From the NCBI RefSeq assembly GCF_964355755.1, contig NC_092672.1:34292437-34356436 (forward strand): DNA of 64,000 nucleotides. The letters run 5' to 3'. Position numbers and translations under genes: made by a program. This document shows, piece by piece, positions 13,301 to 24,084 of the stretch; the first letter of the stretch is position 1, and the number at the start of each line of letters is the position of its first letter. Below the pieces are notes generated by a model that worked only from the letters and a program-made list of their open reading frames with translations, was not told the origin of the DNA and made no database searches. The stretch is from Antedon mediterranea. Its lineage: Eukaryota > Animalia > Echinodermata.

Positions 13301-16300
13301 TGCACTTTTTCCAAGGAGAACAAGCAGCGCCCAAGGTTAGCCTAACAATATGTGATTATTCATTGTCTTTTTTTTAATTTAATTTTTTTATTCCGATTTT
13401 TGTCTGAAAATACAGACTTGTGAAACACGTATAGAAATCGATTTGCAGACCGCAAACATCCGATAAGAATGATGTAGGTTATCATACCATATTTGGCTAT
13501 ATGGGGCAGGCGGTATGCAAATATAGATTTCGAATCAACCAATGATCATTTTGTTTCAAAATGAAAAAGATCGAGCTGAATGTACGATCGTGACTGAATT
13601 AACAACTGTTGAAATATAAAATCATGTTGCCAAGTTTTTTTGTTTATTAATTGTCTAGTCCTAGCCTAGGCCTCCTTTGTAGGCCTACTCGTCCGTATGA
13701 CCTGCCAAATAAAACGGCAATAAGATTCATACCACCGGCACATAGCTACACCACACAGGACAGGGTCTGGGTGGGAATTAAATCAAATTATCGCCGCATA
13801 ATAAATGATCTATTCAATGTGAGAAGCTAGCCTATCACATCAAGACGAGTTTTCATGTTCTTGGGAAAAATCCCATCAAATGTTTACCAGACTACTAGGC
13901 ATATAAAATTATTTCTACAGTAGCCTTCACATCATCATCACTTCGCTTCGCGATAATGTACCCAAACAAGCACACGTGTGTCTCCGCACATCGTCGAAAC
14001 GTAACATAGCGCATGCGCATCATCTTAGTTGTTGAATCTTTGAAATTCTGAAATATGAATATTAAAACTGCGTACGAGTGAGTAGCCAATGGCATGCGGC
14101 TGAAACTAGTCAACTGGATAATCGTATGCACCAAGAATTCTTGGTATCAAACCATGTGACTGAGTATCCAAATTTAAGTAGTATACATATGAAATGCCAT
14201 ATGTGCCAAAATATTTATCGTTTTACTAATATTAAAGCAAAACTCCGTCCGGAACCCAGACTAGTAGTTACATTGGCAAGATTACAATATTAGTTTATAT
14301 GTATAAAGCAACTTCTTAAACCCTTTTCACACCTGCAAAAAGTAACAATTTGTAACCAGGTTTGCGCGTGAAGACAATTTGGAGGAAAATCTCACCAATG
14401 GAGGCCTGTTTTTTTGGTTCCGAATTGTCTCAAGTTGTTACTGCACACGTGTATTGGACTGGTATTAAACTGACCAATCATATAAATAGCGCGCAACTAT
14501 GCTTTCTCCCAAGATTTCTCACGGTTCGTGTATCGTGTATGCGTGTATGAAAACGTGTAATAAATCGGAAGATCAAACAATAACAATTTACACAGATGTG
14601 AAAAGGGTATTAGAGCAATTTCAGGTGAAATACGAAAATAAAACCCCTTAAAATAAACTTTGGACTTGGTAGAAAAATTTCTGAGTCCACTACATTTGAA
14701 TGCTTTTGCTTAATGTTGTTGACCGTTTTAAAGTCTACCAGACTGTTTTAAAAAGTGATTCTTCCCATCCCATAGGTTTATATGATAAGCAAGTGCTCGT
14801 TAAAACCGGCCAATAAGCACTTTACATCTATTGACAACGATTATGAAATGTCCTTCACGTACGATACAGTTGTGACCCCAGTTGAAGAAGACACTGAAGA
14901 AATCCCTGGCATGCTATTCAACTTCAGGAAAATTGGAGAGCTGGAGAATTTTGAAAAAGATACCATATTGGGTAGGTTGTTTGTTTGTAATATTTATTGT
15001 TATTATACCGGCACCTTTCAATTCACGGCATGTGATTGGTTAATCACCGGTCTACAGTTGTTGCCATGCCATCAAACTATCCACATACGCAATGCGGCGA
15101 TTGAATATTGTAACATATAAGTAGCATTCTTGTATAAAACCAGTGCTTTCCCTGAAGAAATTATTGATGAAACTGTGACATACGGATACTGCGGCCGCTG
15201 CACTGCTTTTTTTTTTCTGTAATAACATTTGATGCAATGTCAAAGTTTGTGAGCAAGCCACTGCAATAAACAGTGTGTATGATTACCAAAAAAACTTGCA
15301 AAGTAATTGTATAAACATGTTACATTGTTAACAACAAGTTACTGCAGTAATTGTGGTAAAAAATTTGACATGGTCTTTAGGGGGTGGGGAGATCGTCTCA
15401 CCCCCATGTGCGGGGGTTACCATGATGCTTGACCTCAATCCTGGGGAGAACCCTGCGGTCTTTAAACACAAACCAAACTTTGTTTTTTCGTGGCAGATGT
15501 TATTGGTGTTGTAAAGAGCACTGGGGAATGCAGCACCATCATGACCCGCAACAGTCAAGAGGTCGCCAAGAGAGACATCCAATTGGTCGATGATTCTGAA
15601 CAGATTGTTAACCTGACATTGTGGAGAGATCAAGCGGAGAATTTTGATGGCAGTAACAACCCTGTGATGGCTATTAAAGGAGCTAAGCTGTCTGATTTTG
15701 GTGGCAGATCTCTGACTATCTCTTCAGCATCAGTTATGCAAATCAATCCAGATATACCAAGAGCTCACCAGTTAAAGGGATGGTTAGTGGCTGTTTTTTT
15801 TAAAAAGTATTTGCCCATGGCTGTCATTTTCCGCTGAGTGTCTTTTGATATTGCCAATGAGCCTTTAAACCTAGAAATGTAAAAAAAAAAGTGGGGGCGG
15901 AAGGGAGGGTGTGTAACAACCAATCAAAAAAGCTTAAATGTTTTGTAAAGTCTATTAACTAAGTCTTGTTTATATTTTCAGGTATGATAATGTAGGCTGT
16001 TCAAAGGAAATGCAGTCCATTTCCAAGGGGGGTGGGGGTGGAGGAGGTGGATCCGCCAACTGGTTTAACCTTCATGAAGTTAACTCACAAAACCTTGGAA
16101 AAAGCGAAAAGGTAAATCTCTGTCTACACTATCAAACTTTATGTGACAACAAAATGTGATGTGCTCATATATGAACAGGATGATGTCATATCACTACCAT
16201 ATTTTGACATATCGGTACCATATTTTGGCACATCACACTTTTTTTTGTCAAACTAGTTTGATAGTGTAGACAAACTTTAGACACATTACTTGCTAATATC

Positions 16301-19300
16301 ACCTAGTATCATCATAAAATTATATCTTTATTATGTTTTCAGGATTTTTTATGACTGGCTAATATCACCTAGTGTCGTCAAATTACATCTAGTTTTCAGG
16401 GTTTTGTATTCACTATGTAATATATAATGTTGTTTTTTTTTTTCTCTTAGGCTGATTATTATACTATGAAGGGTACAATCATGTTTTTAAAGAAAGAGAA
16501 TTGTTTGTATAAAGTAAGTGTTCTCAAACAAAATATACGTACAGACATAAAACAACAGAGTACTACTAAAAATAGTAGCTTCCCCTATTAAACAATTTTG
16601 CTTTGATAAAACTGGGAACTGAGAGCATATCCTTAATTATTTTTTGACAATTATTACACAAATTGCCTGTGCTACTAATAAAAATTAGACAAAATGTATT
16701 TGGGCATCTTTAGTGGGTCAACATACATATTTTGTGTAGGAAATAAAACAAACAACATAAAGCAAAGTTATAATCGATTGTTTGGCGTTTAATATTGGCA
16801 ATTTCTTTTATTGTAGGCCTGTCCAGAAGCAGAATGCAACAAGAAGCTTGTGGATAATGGCGACAACACATACCGCTGTGAGAAATGTTCAAAGACGTGC
16901 TCAAACTACAAGTACAGGTTGATCTTATCGGTAAGACAGAGTTGAACAGTTTATTTCTCTATCTATCTACTTATTTTAAGCAATGATGAAGGGCTAGTGT
17001 TGCCCAAAAGCTCTGCTAACTTTTCTGGCGGTTTTACTTTATCGTTTTGATTTAGCTTTTCGATTTTTTTTTTTTTGTATCTCCATTAAGATCCAGCCAC
17101 TGATAGCCACAGCATTGTCATTTTGTATCTCCATTAAGATCCAGCCACTGATAGCCACAGCATTGTCATTTTGTATCTCCATTGAGATCCAGCCACTGAT
17201 ACCCACAGCATTGTCATTTTGTATGTCCATTTAGATACAGCCACTGATACCCACAGCATTGTCATTTTGTATCTCCATTGAGATCCAGCCACTGATAGCC
17301 ACAGCATTGTCATTTTGTATCTCCATTGAGATCCAGCCACTGATACCCACAGCATTGTCATTTTGTATCTCCATTGAGATCCAGCCACTGATACCCACAG
17401 CATTGTCATTTTGTATCTCCATTGAGATCCAGCCACTGATAGCCACAGCATTGTCATTTTGTATCTCCATTGAGATCCAGCCACTGATACCCACAGCATT
17501 GTCATTTTGTATCTCCATTGAGATCCAGCCTCTGATACCCACAGCATTGTCATTTTGTATCTCCATTGAGATCCAGCCACTGATAGCCACAGCATTGTCA
17601 TTTTGTATCTCCATTGAGATCCAGCCACTGATACCCACAGCATTGTCATTTTGTATCTCCATTAAGATCCAGCCACTGATACCCACAGCATTGTCATTTT
17701 GTATCTCCATTGAGATCCAGCCACTGATACCCACAGCATTGTCATTTTGTATCTCCATTGAGATCCAGCCACTGATACCCACAGCATTGTCATTTTGTAT
17801 CTCCATTGAGATCCAGCCACTGATACCCACAGCATTGTCATTTTGTATCTCCATTAAGATCCAGCCACTGATACCCACAGCATTGTCATTTTGTATCTCC
17901 ATTGAGATCCAGCCACTGATACCCACAGCATTGTCATTTTGTATCTCCATTGAGATCCAGCCACTGATACCCACAGCATTGTCATTTTGTATCTCCATTG
18001 AGATCCAGCCACTGATACCCACAGCATTGTCATTTTGTATCTCCATTGAGATCCAGCCACTGATAGCCACAGCATTGTCATTTTGTATCTCCATTAAGAT
18101 CCAGCCACTGATACCCACAGCATTGTCATTTTTTCAGTATTTTGCCTTTGGATCTACATTATACATTTATCTACTTATTTATTATATTATACATTTATTG
18201 TAATTGTAACGTAAAAAGATACTCCAAACAGGCCAGCGACAATGCTGAAATAATGTGTATAAAATGTCATTTATGTACTGATCTACATTAACCTTTGACC
18301 CACATTACACTTTGACCTTTATGCAGGCACATATTGCTGATTGTCATTCGTCACTGTGGGCTACTTGTTTCCAAGATACAGCAGAGGGTTTACTTGGTCA
18401 GAAGGCAGAATACATTGGTAAACTCAAGGAGGATGTAAGTATATAATACTGTGTAATTTTTACTTTATTGTTAAAGCCGATTTCGAATTAGTACTTGGAA
18501 TCGAAAGCGTCAGTTTATACGCATGCGTAGAGAGGGATTTGGAAGATGGAAACATGAATACACATGCGTATAAGCTGCCACTTTCGGTTCACACAAATTT
18601 GCCTAGTGGAAAATTAAATTGGCTTAACAAAACTGGATGTAATTACAAAAGACAATTGGGCAAGTTTCCTATTGGCAAACGAATAAACCTCATAATTAAA
18701 GCCAATATCAAGGGTTGTATTGTTATTTTGTTAGGATGATGAGGCGTTCAATGCACTGTTTGAGGTTGCAAGATGCAAGTCGTACATATTTAAAATGAGA
18801 GCCAAAATGGAAACCTTTAACGTAAGCAAGTTGATGTTGTTATTCTGACCATGAATGATAATAGCATTAAAGCTCTGTCTACATTATCAAACTTTATGTG
18901 ACAACAAAAATGTGATGTGCCCAAATATGGTAGTGATATGATGTCATCTTTTCACATAAAGTTTGATAGTGTAGCCAGAACTTAGATTAGTTTAGTCTTA
19001 AGTGCAATATTTATCAGGGTTCATACAAGGCATAGAAATTCATGGTATTCTGCTAAAATATTTTCCAGGCTTCCATTAAAAAGTCTTTTTGATTGAAATA
19101 TTTTACTCTGTCTGAAAGGTCATGAAAATGAACTCTTGAGGATTGTATGAACACTGTTGAAACAATCAGCTTATCAAATCTGTTTCTCTTTATTTTGAGT
19201 GGCATTACTGTAGCTCCCATTACCAGTTGAACAATATTCCTGCTGATGTGTATTCCTGCTGACTACAGCGACCTAGCCCAGTTAGACATAATTAAAGGGT

Positions 19301-19547
19301 TTTTCACACCTGTTGCGGCACGGTTCCGATATGGCGCATCAAACGCATGTTTTGTTTTCACGGCGCGGCTTTTCAGGACTGAAAATATGGCAAGGTGTTA
19401 TGTTATATTTCTATGATTTATCTTTTCTTTTTCTAATTTCAGGAAGAAGCCAGGATGAAGACCACTTGTGTGAATGCCACGGCCATTGATTATAAGGATT
19501 ACTCGCAAAGAATTATCTCAGAGATTAACAAGTTGTCAATTATGTAA
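10318..19547 (+). CDS. RPA1: Replication protein A 70 kDa subunit, 16 coding exons
   Basis: Exons 10318-10347, 10745-10795, 11028-11109, 11668-11776, 11963-12084, 12397-12438, 12700-12820, 13088-13259, 14776-14971, 15497-15782, 15982-16111, 16451-16513, 16817-16930, 18327-18434, 18735-18821, 19443-19547 (TAA). Motifs [55 protein letters not shown], zinc ribbon [10 protein letters not shown]...YRCEKC. Confidence 0.96.
11117..11590. repeat. 21-bp minisatellite, about 22 copies, RPA1 intron 3
   Basis: Unit AATTCAATATTTCAATCCATC. Confidence 0.95.
14319..14609. mobile_element. Harbinger-like MITE, second family
   Basis: TIR ACCCTTTTCACACCTG / CAGATGTGAAAAGGGT in TAA/TTA context. Confidence 0.65.
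16977..18167 (+). mobile_element. Penelope-like pLTR-type repeat, copy 1: degenerate hammerhead plus internal 48-bp array
   Basis: Homologous to 47824-47998 at both ends; flanked by 13-bp direct repeat TATCTACTTATTT (16964-16976 and 18168-18180); hammerhead core mutated (ATGATGA...AAAA). Confidence 0.75.
17073..18128. repeat. 48-bp minisatellite, 22 copies, RPA1 intron 13
   Basis: Unit TTTTGTATCTCCATTGAGATCCAGCCACTGATACCCACAGCATTGTCA. Confidence 0.95.
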
Positions 19548-20197
19548 TATACAAAAACAAAGCACAGTCAAATAACAACAAAAACTAAGATTATATATAA
19601 CATATTAAACCAGTTTAATATAAAACATTTAAAATAAAACTTACGAAGTCCAATAGAATATGCAGTATGTATGATTAGACACCCGTATTTAAGAATTTGG
19701 ACTAATAGTTATGCTTGATTTGTTGCTTAGCTCTGTCTAAACTTTATGCGACAAAAAAATGTGATGTACCCATATATGGACATGATGATGTCATATCACT
19801 ACCATATTTGGGCACATCACACTTTTTTTTGTCAAACTAGTTTGATAGTGTAGACAGAGCTTAAAAGACTCCGCCAAGCTAGTTGTGCTACCTTTCTTTA
19901 TACTTTATGTTGATTATTGAGGAAAAGCCCCACCTAAAAAAATGAAATTGTTACTACATGATAATGTAAGTAGCCAATAATTTGACCAGACCAGTGAGCC
20001 CAAGAAAACACAATTGGAAAAGTAACAATATCTGCTTAAAAACTGCTTGTATTATAAAACATTCTTTAGGTTACATTAAAATTCATAAAACAATATCAGC
20101 ATTTTAAGAAGCCATATTTTTTTTAGTTTGTTTGTTTGTAAAACAAAAATAAAAATAGTAATGTTGATGAATATTTGTTATTGACAAACTTGTTTAA

Positions 20198-20544
20198 AGA
20201 TATATTGTCCCCTGAAAAAAATATTTTTTTAATTTTGTTGTTGAATATGCCATTTTAATGTAACATAACAGTTATCCACTTTAACCAAAAATTGGACCGG
20301 AAAAACAATTATTTACCTTAAAAAACTGTAATTTAAAGCAATAAAATGGTCAAATTAGCTGCCAGGCAATGAGTTTTTGGTTGAATTTAACCGTTTATTT
20401 TGTCATATTTTTAACTGAAAACATATTTTGAGGTCTTTTTTCTACAGAAGTGATTAACTTTGTTAAAACTACAAAATGGCCTATTCAAAGCCTGATACTG
20501 TATTATTAATCTTCATTTTTCATGTTTTTGGGGACAATACATCT
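20198..20544. mobile_element. Non-autonomous Kolobok-like DNA transposon family A, copy 2
   Basis: Same TIRs, AG terminus and TTAA duplication; lies between convergent RPA1 and ALPH 3' ends. Confidence 0.8.
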
Positions 20545-20934
20545 TTAAAGATTTAAAATATCGCCAAAAGTCTAGCCACAATCAATAATAATGCAGTTTG
20601 AACTATTTGAATTATTTTTAATATTATAATAATAATTTGAGTGTTATAACACTTTGAATTTTGAATAAGAATTAATAGATTTAACCTCTACAAAACTAGA
20701 TTTAAAAAATTTTAATTTTACAAAAAAATATTGCAATAGTACATTTTATAATTGTCAAAGATGTTGGCATGGTTACTATATACAAATTACCATTTATTGC
20801 TTATCATACTTCAGCTTTTAGTAAATCTTGAAGTATGGGTATGATATGCAGTAAATTGATTGAACCTATGCCGACTGTATGACCGTTTTGCGGCACCCCT
20901 GCCTCGGCCACTCAACTCTGTTATATATTCTGGT

Positions 20935-21759
20935 TCACACTTGTTTGTAAGCCATTTTAGCTTTCACCTTCAACATTCGTTCAACTTCACCCTTTTGATT
21001 TACAAAAACTCCAGTCAAACAAAACCCATAGACACAGCCCGTGTCCAGACCAGTAGCATATTCACTCCTTTGAAGGCCACGTATTGCATCATGCCCAAAA
21101 TATATCTGTTCTTTCCCGGCCCAGTGCATAACCCATGGACGTCCGCCACTTGATGACGTAGCGTAAGGCCCACCTTCAAAATGATCACGATTAATAATAT
21201 TTCTCATCAGCACCATATCTTTTAATTTCTGCTTTTCAAGCGGCGTTCCCGGTAACAGTCCGGCATGTACAACAATGACGTTATGGCTAGGGATCGTAAT
21301 AGTGTATGGAAGTTCTTGGAGGTAGCTTATATTTTCCTCCGACAATTCCTTTATCCATTCGTATCTAGCTGGTATTTCATAATCCGTGTCATTTTTGTGC
21401 GATAAACACTGATAGACTACTGCTTCGTCATGGTTACCACGTACAGAGTACGCCTCACTGCTCATTACGTAATCCAAAACTTCTTTATTCTTTGGCCCTT
21501 TATTAACTAAATCACCAACGAAAACAACTGTTAACTTTTTTGTTGTTGACTTTTTCGCATCCTCTAACAACTCAAGCATCTCATCGTAGCATCCGTGGAT
21601 GTCGCCCACGATAAAGAGTTCTTTGTTCTCCATGGAACTCGGCTCGAGTGTTGTATGATTGGTAGATGGTAAAGGGATTGGTACACAACTGGTTAGGTAT
21701 GGTTTGGCATTCGTTTGGTGAAACAGAGATGTTGCGATGACAGAAATTAAGCCGCCCAT
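20935..21759 (-). CDS. ApaH-like (ALPH) / bis(5'-nucleosyl)-tetraphosphatase-like metallophosphoesterase, PPP family
   Basis: 274-aa uninterrupted ORF with GDIHG, GDLVNKG, RGNHD, VHAG, FGHD and LDTGC motifs; minus-strand acceptor (TTTCAG) 27 nt upstream of the ATG (exon start 21786); AATAAA on the minus strand at 20793-20798. Confidence 0.9.
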   Translation of the reverse strand: MGGLISVIATSLFHQTNAKPYLTSCVPIPLPSTNHTTLEPSSMENKELFIVGDIHGCYDEMLELLEDAKKSTTKKLTVVFVGDLVNKGPKNKEVLDYVMSSEAYSVRGNHDEAVVYQCLSHKNDTDYEIPARYEWIKELSEENISYLQELPYTITIPSHNVIVVHAGLLPGTPLEKQKLKDMVLMRNIINRDHFEGGPYATSSSGGRPWVMHWAGKEQIYFGHDAIRGLQRSEYATGLDTGCVYGFCLTGVFVNQKGEVERMLKVKAKMAYKQV

Positions 21760-21994
21760 TCTTCTTGTAGCAACGGTTGGAACAACCTGAAATCATAATT
21801 ATATTAATTTAATTAACGATATTAATACTCGTAAAAACAATTTTTAGGTGTTGGAGAAATGTTTTACAGTACCTTCAAAATTATGTGTCGAAATAGTTGT
21901 CACTTTTGTAAGTTTTTTACTCTGTAAACAAATGGGAAATTCCAAGGGAAGTGACAAAATTGGTAATTCATCATCGAAGAAAAATTAAACCAAT

Positions 21995-22800
21995 AGACAC
22001 GTTTCGCGCTGGCGAGGTCACCGTCAGTTTGACCTTTTAGTGGGTATACAATGGTAAACAAACACAGCGAGAGGTATGTTAAAGCATGGGAGAACTGAGA
22101 GATGATCATCTTAAAAAGCAATCGTCAAAACTAGCCTTTGATGGCCTGGAATGGCATGGTAAGGATGTTATTTATTTTCTAAACTTATGTTTTATATTCA
22201 CTGTAGAATTATTTAGGCATTTGGTTCGGAATCATCGACTTTATTTATGTATTGTCATTTTTGGTTTGACACGTGACATATATATTACGGTGCATTTAAT
22301 ACATGTTAACTGTTGATTTTATTTACAAATGTTGCGTAAATATATTAATTATTATCTTTCATTCTTCTTCATGCTCCTATTGCATCTTCCATGTATTATG
22401 CGATGTTCTTCGGCGCTTAAACAGACACCCAAGCCTCCTAGGCCTAGTAGACGAAGTACCGCATCAGGCAACGCCACCGGGCGGGCGGAGAGTAACGAGC
22501 ACATCGTGGACGTACCTTTCCTTGAAAAATTTCCAAGATTTTGCGCCACTATCCTTCGGAGCCGACGCAAACCACTCAGCAAGTGTTTGAAAATTAAAAA
22601 CAGGAATATTATTCAGTGATTTTGTGTAGTTAAATTCACGATTTATCCAACATATACAACATTTATGATGCACCTTGCAACAAAAGCACTCGGCAGTCGC
22701 CATTTCGCTATGCTTCAACACGCACTAGGCGAGAGGTGTTCGGTTTGTTTACAAATCTATACCCACTATTTCTGATTGGTCGCGAGCGCGAAACGTGTCT
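21995..22800 (-). mobile_element. Deleted ISL2EU-like DNA transposon with coding remnant
   Basis: TIR AGACACGTTTCGCGCT / AGCGCGAAACGTGTCT, AT on both flanks, further imperfect inverted match (TAGTGGGTATA..GTAAACAAAC); frameshifted minus-strand peptides KSWKFFKERYVHDV, IIHGRCNRSMKKNE, TSLPCHSRP. Confidence 0.65.
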
Positions 22801-23869
22801 ATTGATGGTTTAGTCCTGTCTGTACTTCAGTTACACCTATAAAACATTAACAACAAATACAAACATATAGCCTACAGACTGTTATCTCACTCACAAGCTT
22901 GGTTAAATGGTTCAGTGACCCTAATTTTAGGAGAACATTCATTTTTCAGGGAGAGTTTGGGAAAGTATTTTTAGGCCAACCTGCCAGCCAGGCCAGGAAA
23001 GTCAATAGACCATACCAAAGAATATATATCACAAGAATGAGTATTCCGCGATTTTTGCATGAGAAATTTGTAACAGAGAGCTCCAGTGAGTGATGCCCGC
23101 CCTCATAAGGGCGGATGTATACATACTAAATAAGACTTGATTTAATAGACATGATACATGTCACATTAAATAGAATTATGATGATAGTTTTTGCAATTGT
23201 AAACGATTTTATAATACATATTTATTAACAAACTCATGTTTATTCACTTTTACAGACAATTATTTACTAACATGCTAAGTTAGTTCACAAAAAAGGCCTA
23301 ACACAGCAACACCAAAAATCAACAAATATTACTCAGCACGGCCTATTCTTTACCATTGCCGTGTACTACTCTACGCCCGGTAAATTAAGTATTGTTTTTA
23401 TGATATAAATTAGTATAAAACACATGTTATTAATAGGAGAAAATGTTAAATGTCATTAACATTTATTTGTTTTACCAGAAACAAGTTAAATATAGGAATA
23501 TTATTAAACTATCCTTCGTGAAAACGCGTAAACACCAACACGGTCACGCTATCGTAGCGCCCGGTTGATAAATCAAACTGTTTATACGGCAGTTTTTACT
23601 AAATAAATTGCATAAAACGAACAATTAAATATTCAAATAGTATTTAACATGATGTTGGCATGTAGTTGATAACATTTTTATCGTCGGAAAATACTCCGGT
23701 GGTCCAGCATTTGATTAGTGAAACCTTCACAAAAAGTTGTATACATCCCAGATACATCCACACTTATGGCGGCGCCCTACCACATGGACAATATTACTGT
23801 TACAGAGAAAATCGCGGATTACTCATTCTTGTGATATATATTCTTTGACCATACGATGTGAAAACGGGA

Positions 23870-23960
23870 AAATTGTAGTAGCGCCCTCTATAATCTTGCC
23901 TCATTTATTGATTGGCAATTTTGGTCCGGATCGGCATCGATCGTAAACGGTGGTGGTGGT
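23870..23960. promoter_or_regulatory. Putative MAPKAPK5 promoter, possibly shared with the divergent ALPH gene
   Basis: TAGCGCCCTCTA (23879-23890), ATTGG box (23911-23915), CpG-rich patch. Confidence 0.4.
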
Positions 23961-24084
23961 AAACAAATAACATCGCATTACTAAAACGTGTATTTTTATA
24001 AAGATAACAATCGAATGGTTTTTAAGTAATAAAGTTTGGATCTTACTTGTGTTTGGTAAAACATGCGGTAAATAAGACATACTA

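Noticed and set aside
17039-18203. Overlapping repetitive ORFs up to 314 aa
   Set aside because: Products of the 48-bp array within an RPA1 intron.
1957-21759. TIR NADase plus ApaH-like phosphatase as a prokaryote-style defence operon
   Set aside because: Spliceosomal genes on opposite strands separated by RPA1; nothing beyond proximity links them.
23100-23780. Possible element bounded by weak inverted repeats (CATAAG.G.GGATGTAT)
   Set aside because: Match is short and imperfect, no target duplication or second copy in window.
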